Shown: piece after piece, positions 11,322 through 23,500 of the stretch
Layout of the letters: the number at the start of each line of letters is the position of its first letter
How positions within the stretch are numbered: the first letter of the stretch is position 1
NCBI GenBank assembly: GCA_964019425.1
Contig: OZ025782.1
Location: 1,302,001-1,366,000 of the forward strand
Direction: 5' to 3'
Origin: Flectonema sp. DT1601
Lineage: Eukaryota
Length of the DNA: 64,000 bases
Notes under the pieces: generated by a model
Told to the model about the DNA's origin: nothing
The model's database searches: none
Seen by the model: only the letters and a program-made list of their open reading frames with translations
Made by a program: the position numbers and the translations under genes

Positions 11322-12773
11322 TCACCAAGTGGAGAAGTTCCAAGTTTTTGGTTGTTTTGTAACTGGAGTTGAGTTAGTAATGGACGCGGTCTTTGAACTA
11401 GTTGGGGGTTTTAAATATTTTCCGACCTCTTTGTCATCGGCTCTGTCAAGCACGGGTTGTGGTGCGGAAAACCAAGGACGGATTTCGGATCCAGCCTTTT
11501 TACGTTCGGCTGCCTCTGCTTCCTTTTTAGCAATAGTGCTGGGATCTAGTGAGTGTTCTAAGTCACAGAATGGATCCTTGGTAACAGTGATGGAGTTTAT
11601 TGTTATTTGATCGATTGGTTTTTCATCTTTGGTCGCAACGTTTTCAATTTTAGACAGCGTATCTTCACCAGAAGTAAGTCGTCCGAACACCGTATGTTTC
11701 CCATCGAGATGCAAAGCGTTATTAAAAACAATAAAAAATTGAGAACCGTTACTATTCGCACCGCTATTGGCCATGCTGATTGCACCTCTGGTGTGTCTGA
11801 GTTTGTTTCCAACTATTTCATCGTTGAATTCTCGACCGAAGAATGATCGACCTCCGGATCCGGTTCCAGAAGGGTCACCTCCTTGGACCATAAACCCTTT
11901 GATTATTCTATGGAATATCGTGCTATTGTAGTATCCTGAGGTTGTTAGTTTTACGAAATTATAAACAGTTCGGGGAGCACATCTACAATACAATTCCAAT
12001 ACAAGAGGACCTAATGATGTAACTAGTGCTATTTCCGCAATCATGTCGTTCTCTTGAACTGCAGTCAGAATCTTGTCTAATTTTTCAACGGTTTTATTCG
12101 ATTTTCTTGCTGGTGCAGTAGAACACGTCAGCCCTCCATGTTGAGGAACACCATCAGGATGACTTGTCCATTTCGGTTGTTGTTCTTCTTGAATTTCAGG
12201 TTCCTTTCTCTTTTTAGCTTTTTTTTCTTTTTTTTCCTTCTTTGATGCTCGTGGAGCAACACGTTCCGCAGCGTTTTTAATATTCCGTGGATCCTGAAGG
12301 GTAATTAAATCACTTTTTGTTAGGGGACTTCCATCAACTAAATCTGTCCAGTTATTTGCTTTGTAGTTCATTTCCTTTACAGCATCGTGTGAATAGGCGT
12401 AGCCGGATTTTCTATTTGCTACGATGTGACTGTTGTCGTTGAATTCTTTTTGTGTTATGGGACATTCGTATTTACCAGAATCACACCTCTGAAGTTTCAA
12501 CTCATGAATACCAGCTGTCGATAGAGGTTCTCCAGTGTGGGGATGAGAACCGTTTTTTTCGAGGTGTTTTAATATATTTTCCTTGTCATAGCACCACCCA
12601 TCATTCGTAAAAACAGGGTTCTCCATTTCAACCAACGATAGCGCACAGTGATTAAACGGAAGCTTCAAGAACCTCGGACCCTCCGAGGTGGTTACTTTCT
12701 TACCTCCCAATCCATCAGAGTACTCCGAAGCCTTAATGTAAAGCCTGTCTTTATTCCGACCTCGTTTTCCCAT
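11322..12773 (-). CDS. PPIL2: Cyclophilin-type peptidyl-prolyl isomerase-like 2 (U-box/RING + cyclophilin; Cyp60)
   Basis: N-terminus MGKRGRNKDRLYIKASEY, LPFNHCALSL, and YECPITQKEFNDNSHIVA...DLITLQDP are typical of PPIL2. C-terminal cyclophilin domain FHRIIKGFMVQGGDPSGTGSGG...SMANSGANSNGSQFFI...HLDGKHTVFG. Ends in the conserved NFSTW. Confidence 0.93.
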   Translation of the reverse strand: MGKRGRNKDRLYIKASEYSDGLGGKKVTTSEGPRFLKLPFNHCALSLVEMENPVFTNDGWCYDKENILKHLEKNGSHPHTGEPLSTAGIHELKLQRCDSGKYECPITQKEFNDNSHIVANRKSGYAYSHDAVKEMNYKANNWTDLVDGSPLTKSDLITLQDPRNIKNAAERVAPRASKKEKKEKKAKKRKEPEIQEEQQPKWTSHPDGVPQHGGLTCSTAPARKSNKTVEKLDKILTAVQENDMIAEIALVTSLGPLVLELYCRCAPRTVYNFVKLTTSGYYNSTIFHRIIKGFMVQGGDPSGTGSGGRSFFGREFNDEIVGNKLRHTRGAISMANSGANSNGSQFFIVFNNALHLDGKHTVFGRLTSGEDTLSKIENVATKDEKPIDQITINSITVTKDPFCDLEHSLDPSTIAKKEAEAAERKKAGSEIRPWFSAPQPVLDRADDKEVGKYLKPPTSSKTASITNSTPVTKQPKTWNFSTW

Positions 12774-14598
12774 TTTTTTTACCGTGAACCCACTCTGTAT
12801 GGAAAAATTTCAAAGAAAACAGAATGATACTTGTGCATCGTGTTTATTACTTCTTGCTGTAGTAGTAAGTTGATGTTAAGTTGATCAGCCTTATTTTTTG
12901 GGTTCCAAACGAAGTCCAGACCAGGATTGACAACTAGTCTCAGAATGAAGGAGGGGAACAATTGAAAGTAACTAAACAAAACGACCGAAAAGAAAGAAAA
13001 AAAAAAAAAAAAAGAAGAAAAATAACCCAGTATATGAGACTACCTATTCCGCACGAGAAAACCGTGATTCAAAAAAAAAGGAAAAGAAAAGGTAATAAAG
13101 TGGTATTTTTTTTTTTTTTTTTTTTTAAATAACTGCGTGGTAAAAAACCTTTTTGAAAAAAATTCGATTTAGGTTTCCAGGAGACAACAGACAATAGCAT
13201 ATTGTTTGTCTTGCTCTGCAAGCAAATTGCCCTAGGATCCTAAATACGGTAACTCAATCTTATTTAATGAGAAGGAACACAGTTGATGGCTGTCTAAGAA
13301 AAGACCGAAAAGTTAGTTAGTTATTTAATCCAACGTCACTGTATTTAATGAGTACATAACTCACAGTAACAGAAGACCCAATCCGTAACCGTTTCCGTAG
13401 ACTCAGTTCGGATTGTTGAATTAGCTCCAACTAAAGAGATGTTATTTAACTTATAAAAAAGTTATCCTGAAAAAAGGACAACTCAAACAAACACGACTAT
13501 TTTCAGCACGGCATGCGCCTAAGTCGGCTCCCAAGAACAAGATGAGGCAAAAGCTTTCATTCAATTAGCCAAGTGGCAAGTGACTGTTGTTTGCAATAAC
13601 TATATATAATACGAAACTTAGAGTTTCGTAGTATATGTAATTATTATAAACACGTAGGTGGGGGGTTATTTGATATTGTATTATCAAGTTCGAAGGAACA
13701 AGGGAATTTAATGGAAGGGTTTTTTTTTTTTTTTCATTTTGCAAAAAAAAAAAAAAAAAAAAAAAAAAACTGATTTCTCGACTGTTCCTCGTTCTTAACG
13801 TTTGCCTTTCTTTTTTTTTTTTTTTTTTTTCCAATTAAAAAGTCTGTGAGAAACCTTTTTGTTATACTAACCCATAAAATGATTTCAGCTTTTAGGGAAA
13901 TTGCTCCCTCGGAGGTGTTTTTCAATCAAGATTTCGCAAAAGGTTCTTTTTTTTTTTTTTTTAAAAAAAAAGCAGGCTAGCCCCAAGTTTTGGGGAAATC
14001 GAAACTACTAAATGGTTAACCTAATGGTAACGAAAAAAAAAAGAAATGTAAAAAAAAAAAAAAAAAACATGAACGATCAAAAAAAAACTCCTTTTGAATT
14101 CGATTCAGGGTGGTTGGCGTTACTTAACAGGTCACAGAATCGTAAATATATCAGTATGAGCAAGTAGGTACTTCGTCACGTAACTATTGGAAACACAACA
14201 CATTCACATCTTACACAACAAAACAATCGCACAATGGTGTCACAAAGAACACTCTGAGGGAAGAATTTAATATAAAAAAAAAAACAGTCGTCACAACAAA
14301 AATTTACATCAAAAATTGTGCAAACACACCCGGGGGGTAAATTGATACTGTTCTATTAAAGCTCAAAGGGGGGGTAAAAAGATTTTTAATCACCGTCCAC
14401 ATCTTCGGAACAATAATATTTACATAAGTGCGTTGCAATTTCGTGATTTGAATGCCGCAAAAAGAAGAAATGTTCCTCCGTTGAATACTAATGAATCTAG
14501 AATAGGTAACACACTACATTCTCAGTAAAAAAAAAAAACAGAACATCAACCGACCGACGAAGGGGAAATGAAAAATAAAAAGAACATGAAAAAACGTG

Positions 14599-17500
14599 TT
14601 ATTTACGTGAATTTGGAGCTGGCTGTCCGTTTTTTAAATTCCGAATTGAAGTTCCGAAGAAGTTTCTTCGGGAATCAACATCGTTATGTTGATCTGGACT
14701 ATTGTCATCAAGCATCATTTGCTGAACTGGGTGCTGTTGTTTGAGATGCTTTGATGGACTCTTCGGAAGTGAGTGATGAGTCAATTGTTGCTGTTTATGA
14801 TAATCAACAACATTCCCAGCAACAATCTGATGACTAGCCGGATGCATATATTCATTTCCCTCCACAGCTGCAGGCTCAACAGCTATCGGTATTTCAGAAG
14901 TAGACGCAAGCTGTTGTCTAGTTGATTTCGCACTGTTAGCACCTTGACCTTGTTGTCCTCCCTGTGGATTCGTTCTTCTGTCTGTCGCTGCTACTAAAAG
15001 TTTTTTATTAAGCAGACGTGACTCGTTATCACGAACCTGATCTTTGACAGCACTGTCAGCAATCTTTGCGAGATCAATCCAACCAGATACTTTGTTATTG
15101 TTAATGTTGTCACTTTGATTTAGTCTCTGAGTCTGAGGGAGGGCAATTGTCCTAACGAATCCCCAAAGCTCTTCAAGGTTGTCGGCATTAGAGAGATAAG
15201 ACTTTCTCTCTTGAAGGTAAACAGTTGTGTGTTCAGGAAGAACACCTCTTGGAAATGTAACATTTGAAGGCCTGTCGTAGATTGGTGTTGCCTGTAGTAG
15301 TTGTAATGGAACAAGAGCTACACCAGGAGTGTCTATGTTACGAGTTGGTTCCATTCCCATTGGATCGTAACAGACACGACCTAAACCATCATCTTGTTCA
15401 AGAAGATCAACTTCTGGTGAAGGAAACTCTTCCAAGTCAGTAACTAGTTTATGAACAGCCTCTAATGCTCCAGTTGGATCTAGAGGACAACATCCTCTCA
15501 CCATATTCACAACTTCACTAAGTCCTTCAGCATATGTAGAAAGTCGATGTTTAACATTCTCAATACTACTCCCACTGTTTTCATTCTCTCTTCTTGATGA
15601 CAGCCCCGCCTTTTCGAATGCCTCAGATATCCGATGCTCGTTTTCATGATATGTGCGGACTTCAACTGCCTCTCCTTCGATAACTTTTTCCCAACCTTTG
15701 TTAATCTTAGGGTACATGTGAGTAACCTGATCACCCTTTTGTCTAAAGTTTGGCATCACAATAAAACAAATCTTATTATTATGAAGTTTAAAAGCTGAAT
15801 GGATTACAAAATTTTCGAGGAGGAGATTCTGAGTGCGAGACTCATCCAGCTTGCGGAGAATTTGACGGCAGAAATCATCAACGAAGGGAAGACGTAATAC
15901 ACGAATGTCACTTCTGTTAGCCCATCCTTGATATTTAACTGGTGACTTGTAGTGAGAAAGAACACTAACTCTACTGCAGCCTTCAATGTCTCGTAGAACT
16001 AGTGCGGGTGCCCATTGCTTTCCGACACAAGGAATAACTCTGTCTGATGTCTCACTAATAAAGAGAGGTGTTTCTCTTAGAAAGATTACCTGATGTGTTA
16101 TCCCAGGTGGTGCTTGCATAAACTGTTCTCCCAATAAGCCATCAGAAAGAGATAAAGTTGACGTCGGTGTATTCGATGCTTCGGTCTGATGTTGTTGAGT
16201 TTCAGTGTCTTGCTGTGGTGCGAATAATGATTTCAACTCGTTGAATAAAATAAATCCTTCAACATGACCCTTCTTGGTTTGCCCAATTTGATTCACGTTG
16301 GTATCAGAAAGTTTTGCCTTAGGATTTGATGATAAGATGTAATACCAATGTTCTTCAGATGATCCTCTCCCTCCAGTGAAGCTATAATCTTGAACTACTG
16401 TTATGGTTGCTCCAATTTCGATAGTTGCTAAGTGAGGATGGACACGTGAGGGTCCTGAACGTACTACTAATTGTGATGTTAGAGAATATATAACGGTATC
16501 GACTTCAAGAGTGTTGTCTCTGATACTTGCTCTGGGTGGAATCTGTAATGGCTTCGCACAAACAACACCATTATGATCTGGCGCTGTTAGCAGTCTTTCA
16601 GTTTGTTTGTACATTTCACTGTGAAGGGATTTATAGTGTTCGGTTGCTTTATTTTTTATTCCCAACAGCTTCAAATGAACATCACCATCAACAGTAACTT
16701 CTTTACCCTCTTCACTGTTTCCAACTGTTACACTATTACAAAGTCTTTCAATATAAATTAATTGTCTTAATGCTACAGAGATTTTAGTATACAATTCACT
16801 ATCAACCTGATGCTTTGCATTTTCACTTTGTAGACGTGAAACCTCAGCAGAGCAGTAGGCATTGCCTCCGGTTTGACCCGTTCCAATGCCGCAAATAAAG
16901 ATGTTTCCGGCACCTTCTGTTTCAATCCATTTTTTGTTTATGAGTTCTCTGATTTGTTTTGAGCACTGGTTTATAACTCTGTCTTTTGGACTATCACCCC
17001 TTCGTAGTATCGGTTGAAGGATTAGTACGTAGTTATATGTGATTGCTCCTTTCTTAATCGTTTGTTCAAAACAACTGTGAATTGGTATTGGAGGAGAAAT
17101 CTCAGATAAAATGACCTGAACACGCATGACTGTCTTGTCGTAAACGTGAAGAGGTATTTCATTCACCGCTGATCTGCTAACCCAACCAGTCACACCATCT
17201 TGAACCACTTTAATGAAATTTTCATTTGATGTGTCCAAAACAAGCATTGAAGTTTGTGCTTTTATTATTTTTATAAAGTGAGTTGGTCTTCCGCTTGAAA
17301 CGCCTTCCGAATCAGTTATAAATTCACTGTAGACAGCCAGATCATCAATTGATATTGCCTGACAAATAACTCCAACAGGAACTGGATCTAACGAGGCTAG
17401 TAATTCTGTGTATCCCGTCGACAGAATGTTTGAAATAGAAATTGATTTCGGAAGTCGTTTCTTAAATTCTGTTAAACGATAACGGATGCTTTCAACAATT

Positions 17501-20500
17501 GAATCGTTTGAGTGAACACTTTCAAATATTTCTGCAGAGATAACACAAGCATGAAGCATCTCAATACTATCTTCCCAACCCGTTGATATCAGAGGTGGTG
17601 CCCAGTCTTCGTAGGCATCGTGATCAAGCATTGCAGTGATCTTATCACTAATCTTTGAGTACATTGCTCTAAATGCGGGATCATAGTCATCTTTAAGTGT
17701 ACGAAGCTGACGTAACTCAACGCACTGCTCACGGGATATGTAGGCTGCAACACCAGGTGGTCGCGGAGGTAGTTTATCAAACTCAGTTAGATGCCGACCA
17801 CTACAACTTCTACCAAGTTGATTAGCCAATAACTGTAATTCCTCTACTAGTTGTTTAAATTGCCGTTGCCAAACAGTACATTGCAATACTTGTGAAATCA
17901 TTGCAGCTAATATATCCGATATCACTTTCTGACTTTGATGAGGAGCAGACAACTCCTGATTAGCACAACACAAAGTAACCAGCAGAGTGTTTGTTGAATT
18001 AGATAACATCTCCATCTCGTATCCGTCAATAATATCTTTTTGAATTAAAGATAATAATTGCTTTCCCTCGATAAGCATCTTTTTAGATATCGCAAGTTGT
18101 GTTATGGCAACTGTTGCTGTTGCTCCTAACTGGATGCAGGTTGAAGCCAGTGGGGTGTTTGTATTTTCGATAGCGAGTTGTAAAAGAGTTTTATTAACCG
18201 CAGCAGGATTATTGATACTGGTCTCAGTGTCGTTGTTGAAATGTTCTCTCAACTCATCCAAATGATCAGATGTGTATAATTGAACTGCCTCCCCAGCATT
18301 CTTATTATCGAGAACAGATAGAAGGAACAACGATGTTCCTATTGCTTTATTCTCTACAGCAATATTAAACAGCTTTCTCGACAACCAATTTTTATCACCC
18401 ATGTACGACGGGAGTAAGTGCATTACTACTGCTGTATTTCCACACATTGCAAATATCTTCAAAACGTGTTGGATGCTACTACCAAACCAATCTTGATAGT
18501 CACCCAGATACTCCGCTTGTAAATCTGATACGATGCTCATGACTGTTTCGTGTGGTTTAATTCCGTGTTGCATTTGGTGAGCAAAAAGCCATAATATTGC
18601 TTTTAATCGAGTTGGAGGAGGTCTCACGACGCTGTCATCAATGGTTTCACTTTGAGAAACATGTTCTTTCCAACCAATTAAGAAAAGATTACAATCGAGT
18701 GATTCATCATCCAGTCTTGGGTCCATATTATAATCTATCACTAGGGCTTCTAACATAGACAGGTTTCCTTGTTTTATAATTGTGTTGCACAGGTTAGAGT
18801 ATTCAACCTTTCCTTGAATGTCAGGGTATCTCGTATTTAGATCATCTAGCACTATTCTATTGCACTTTCCCACAATAAGATTCACCATGTTCTGATATGT
18901 AGTTTCACAGCATTTACCTGCTTGACAATACAAGGCAGAGAGTGCACCTCCGTCAGCTGTAAGAACGTTGCAGTCAACTTCCTGTAGTAGGTATTGGAAT
19001 TTGTCCCATTCTTGATTGTGAATTGATGAAATCAAAAGAGTTCTGTATCCATCTACTGAGAATAGAAAACTATCAAGGTTTACCATTGCAGTATCTCTGA
19101 GATATTGTGCGTTAATACGAGTCGATCCAAATAGTAATTTTGGATACGAACTGTCCATTGAAAGACGTGATATGAATTTTCGATAACTTTCCGTCTTCAG
19201 ATATTTATCTTGCGGAGGATCTGTGGAGTGAAAAGCAGCGAAGAATGAAAGAGCGAAATTGATATCGCCCCATTCCTTGGAAGTTATCTTGTAACACTCA
19301 TTCGATATTTCCTCTCCGATATCACTGAGAACTTCCTCAGCCATCCAAGTCCTGAATGATGCGGTCGTTAAATCGCATTGAAGTTCCCAAACTACCTGAA
19401 CTTCTCTTACCCCGAGTGCGACAGTCATTGGAATGAATAACTTGTCGTGTTGTTTCGCATACTCCACGACGATTCTACAGAGTAATACAGTAGCCTCAGC
19501 ATCACCAAGTATGACTTTATTGTGGGTATGGATCTCTCTTACGAGTGATCTGTAATCCTGACACAGTTTATTTCCATCAACACAATCTTCAAAGTAAGCA
19601 ACAGCTAAAGATAATGCTACATTAGGTGATGGCACCAGTTCAGACAGTTCTTGAACTAGAAACAGACACAGCGGTGCTGGTTTTCTCTCTCTTAACGCAG
19701 TCTCAACTGGTGATGAGATGCCATCGGGTACTTGAAAGTTTTGTAAAAGATTCTTAAAGTTCGTCGACACTAACGTACAAAGATCCAGATTAGATTTTTT
19801 AACTGCACTCTCCAACAAGCACATCGCCGTTGAACCCGACAGTGGTGTTATTTGTTGGTTTTCGAGAGCCCTCGTATGACGATCTCTTAAAGCGGCAGCA
19901 AGAAGTGGTTCTGTTTTACCATCTCTTGAAGAGACTTCAGTACCTGGATCCGATCCCCTCTTTAGTAGTTGTTGAACTGCTTCATCACAGCTGCTTGTTA
20001 ATAAGAAATATAACAACGTATGACTACCCGATGTCAGTGGATCATCAAGACATGCTTCACTTGATTCCTTAATATAACGAAGAGGGATAACTGAAGATGA
20101 ACACAACACTGCGATCGTCGCTGTAAAATCCAACTCTGTTGCCGAATGATCCTTAAGCCCAACCACAGCATAGAACAACGCGGATGCATCACCTGCAGTC
20201 CTCTCGTATTCAATATATCCAGGTGTTCCTAAAAGTATCTTACAGACTTGATACCAACCATTTAATGCCGCATATTGTAACGGAGTTCTCCCATTTTGAA
20301 CAGTTTCTATGTGAGGATGGTAATGCTCTATTAGTGTGACTGCTGAATGACCGTAAGTACCGAATAGAATATTAGTCGAAAATGCCTCAACAAATTCAGA
20401 TAGCTCTGAAACAGCAGTAACCCTATCAGCATCAGATAAGTATCCAAGGATGTAGAATGCTATGGAATAGTGAGCGTTTGATATGCTGAGTGGTCTTCTT

Positions 20501-23500
20501 TTAGCTAGAGTGAGAGCATCTTCAAAGTGTTGTTTTATGTTATCAAAATAAGAAGTATACCTGTCAGGATGTTTGTGATATCTGTTTGCTTGTTTAATCA
20601 TTACTTCACGAACACTGTCAATGTCTTCAGTTCGGATTCCTTCTTTGCAACTTTCTTTGAAATCCTCTTCTAACATAGTTAAATAAGCATTTCTATACTG
20701 AGGAAGTAGAACATCGTCTTCGATACCACGTTCTTCTAGTACGAGGTAAAGTTCTAAGTTGATGTCTAATTCGAGGACTTGGTTTAATAGATCTTGTTTT
20801 GTTACTTTTTGTGTGAGTCTGTCGTTGATAAATAACTTTGAAAACAAAGTTATGCTCGACTTGGTTCCCATCATGACTGCCAATTCGAAGTACGGTTTCG
20901 GATCCAAAGGATTTCTCGCAATAGCAATTCTGATCAAATCTATTCTTTTAAACCGTTCAGTGCAGTTTGGCAGTTCTGTTGTCTCTTTAGGCCCTAATGA
21001 ATTTGCTAACTCTAAGTAAGCATCACTGTTATTCACATCCATTGCTATCGCCTCTCTGAACAGCCTCCTCTGTTCTACCGTCCTTGATTGCAATAACTTC
21101 CCCAGTTCGATTCTCGCTGATGAACAAATTTTCTCAGGATCTATTTCTATTGCCAGTTCGAAGCATCTTTTAGCTTCAGCTTCTTTTTTACGTAGTTTCC
21201 CTTTGGCAACCCGTTTCTGAGAAGTTGTCGGTAGAGATTCAACAAGCTTAGTACATTCATTGTGACTAAGGGTACTCTTGGCTAATAGTTTATAAGCAGC
21301 GTGACTGTAGCCAAGAGTTGCAGCTTTGAGGTATGCTTCTGTGGAGAGGAGATTTTCGGTTTTGTGGAGGGATGTTCCGGAAATTTCTGAAAAAGAGTTT
21401 CCAGCGATACCATTGCGAGATACTGATGATTTCAGTATACCGTGAGGGAGTGTTTTGATTTGAATATCTGAAGGCGTGCATATTAACATCAACTCACCAG
21501 TTTCAAAAACTGAAATAGATCTCCCAACACCAGACATTGGAATAGCTACTAGCGGAACCCTCCTACCACATGAGTAATCAGTTAGACTAACACAACCATT
21601 ATTCATACTTACAACGTATTGAGTTCCAATACTTGCTGCAGAAAGTTCAGTTATTTGAGAACAATACTTCTCATGATCGACTAGTGTAAGTGAACTTCTA
21701 TTTATCTCATGATGCCATATCTTTAGGTTACAGTTGTGTGCTATTAATATAAAACAACCAGTCACAGCAATTCGTCGAGTACTGAACGGTTTGGTTGTTA
21801 GCTTTGGTTCAAGTAGCAGACTCTGAAATGCAACCGTATCAAGTACAGTAACAACACCATCTTCTCCAAGAGTAACTATCGAATTAGTTACAGGAGAAGC
21901 ACACATTTGTACGATTCGACCATCTTCTCCCGAAGTATGACATGTTTTAATTGATGAAATCCCTCTGATGGCCAATAGCTTTCCGTTTGATCGAATTTTT
22001 AATTTATTTATATTTCCAGACTCTGAATAGTAGAGAACTCCATTCAGAATAGCCATGCATGGAATAGAGTTGTGCTTAGTTATTTCTTCATGATTCTTAG
22101 TGTGGACTTGGTTTGCTCGTGAAGCAAGTTCCCAGACCTCAATATTACCACTTGTACTTAATATAATAGATGTGTGACCAGTACCATTTCCTCCCAAATC
22201 GTGAGAGAGCACCTCATCTACCGTTCCTGCAGTCGGTATACTAACCCACTTCCTTCCACTCTCAATTTCCCATATATCAACACCCTTCTCTCCTGAAACA
22301 CACACCAGCCGTTTGTCCGGTGTTAAAACCGCATATGTTCGATTTCCGGAGTCGTCATTTTTTTCGACGAGCTCGCTATTTGGTTGCATCAGACTTTCTC
22401 GTGAAACTCCATGGCAAGGGTTGATAGCCGGAGCGACAGAGAGGTTCTCACAATTAAGAAACACTGGTCGGCCGGTGCCGAGGGAGAGAGGAAGAAAGAC
22501 AGCACTAGTGATATCACAACAAGCGAATGTGCAATTCTTGAATTCGCAATTTAAGAAAACACAATTTCTAAAAGAAGCGCCGATAATTGTCGCGTCAGTA
22601 AGATTTGCAAGCTCGAATGTCAAGTTATTTAGAACAAATCTATCCAAAGAAAACTCAGAAGCGCACAACAATGATAAAATACCACCTCTACTTTTATTAC
22701 ACAACTCAACAGAGGTCAGACTGGATGAGAGATTTTCATAATAAGACGGTGAGATTAATCGGGTGGATGCCATCTCAATACATTCCTGAAGGAGAATCGA
22801 ACTTGGATTGTGCAGCAGTACTTCCGGAGGGAAATCGCTGTCATCGCAAACCGCACTATCAACTATGTGAGATGCTACCAGGTTTAATCGTTTTTTATTA
22901 TTTCTGAAAGTTGGAATATTGTTACGAGTCATGACCAGTTGACTTAGTGTCGCTTTTGAATAGTTTTCGTCTGATTTCAAACAGTTGAAATATGAAAGTT
23001 GAAGTGCAGTGGCTAGCAGTTCATTTGAATTTCCACCACACAAATCCTCTTCTGGATCACCTCTGCAGACTATGGTGGTGGCAGCAGAGCTATCAATTGA
23101 AATCAGGTCATCTGAGTACCAAATAAAACGACAGTTCTTCTCAAGAATTGATTTTGGATTTGTTTTGAGTTGTTTAATCAAACTACTGATAGCAATCGAA
23201 TCACCACCACCGCTGAGTACAATAAAGATGTTCCCTTTTCCGAATCGCAGTGCAATGTCAGTACCGATTCTCATCGGATCATCAAAGTCTTTAAACAGCT
23301 CCGTTGATAAACAGAAATTATTATTATTATTAATTCCATGTAATGAAATTTCAAACAATATCGTATCAGGCACTGAACTAACAGCCGCGAGTATTCCAAG
23401 ACAAGAGTTAGATGACGCTGTTGATGAGGATACTATGAGCAGATCTGTTGAAGATTTTTGAATCCAGTTATTAAAAGCGTCTCTCTCCTCTAAAGCAACT

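Noticed and set aside
12780..14598. Short ORFs, several small hairpins (13170-13420) and a recurring TTAAATA motif in the 1.8-kb gap
   Set aside because: There is no coherent exon structure, and the short stems and motif are plausible by chance in AT-rich sequence. No tRNA, snRNA or SL-RNA hallmark was recognised.
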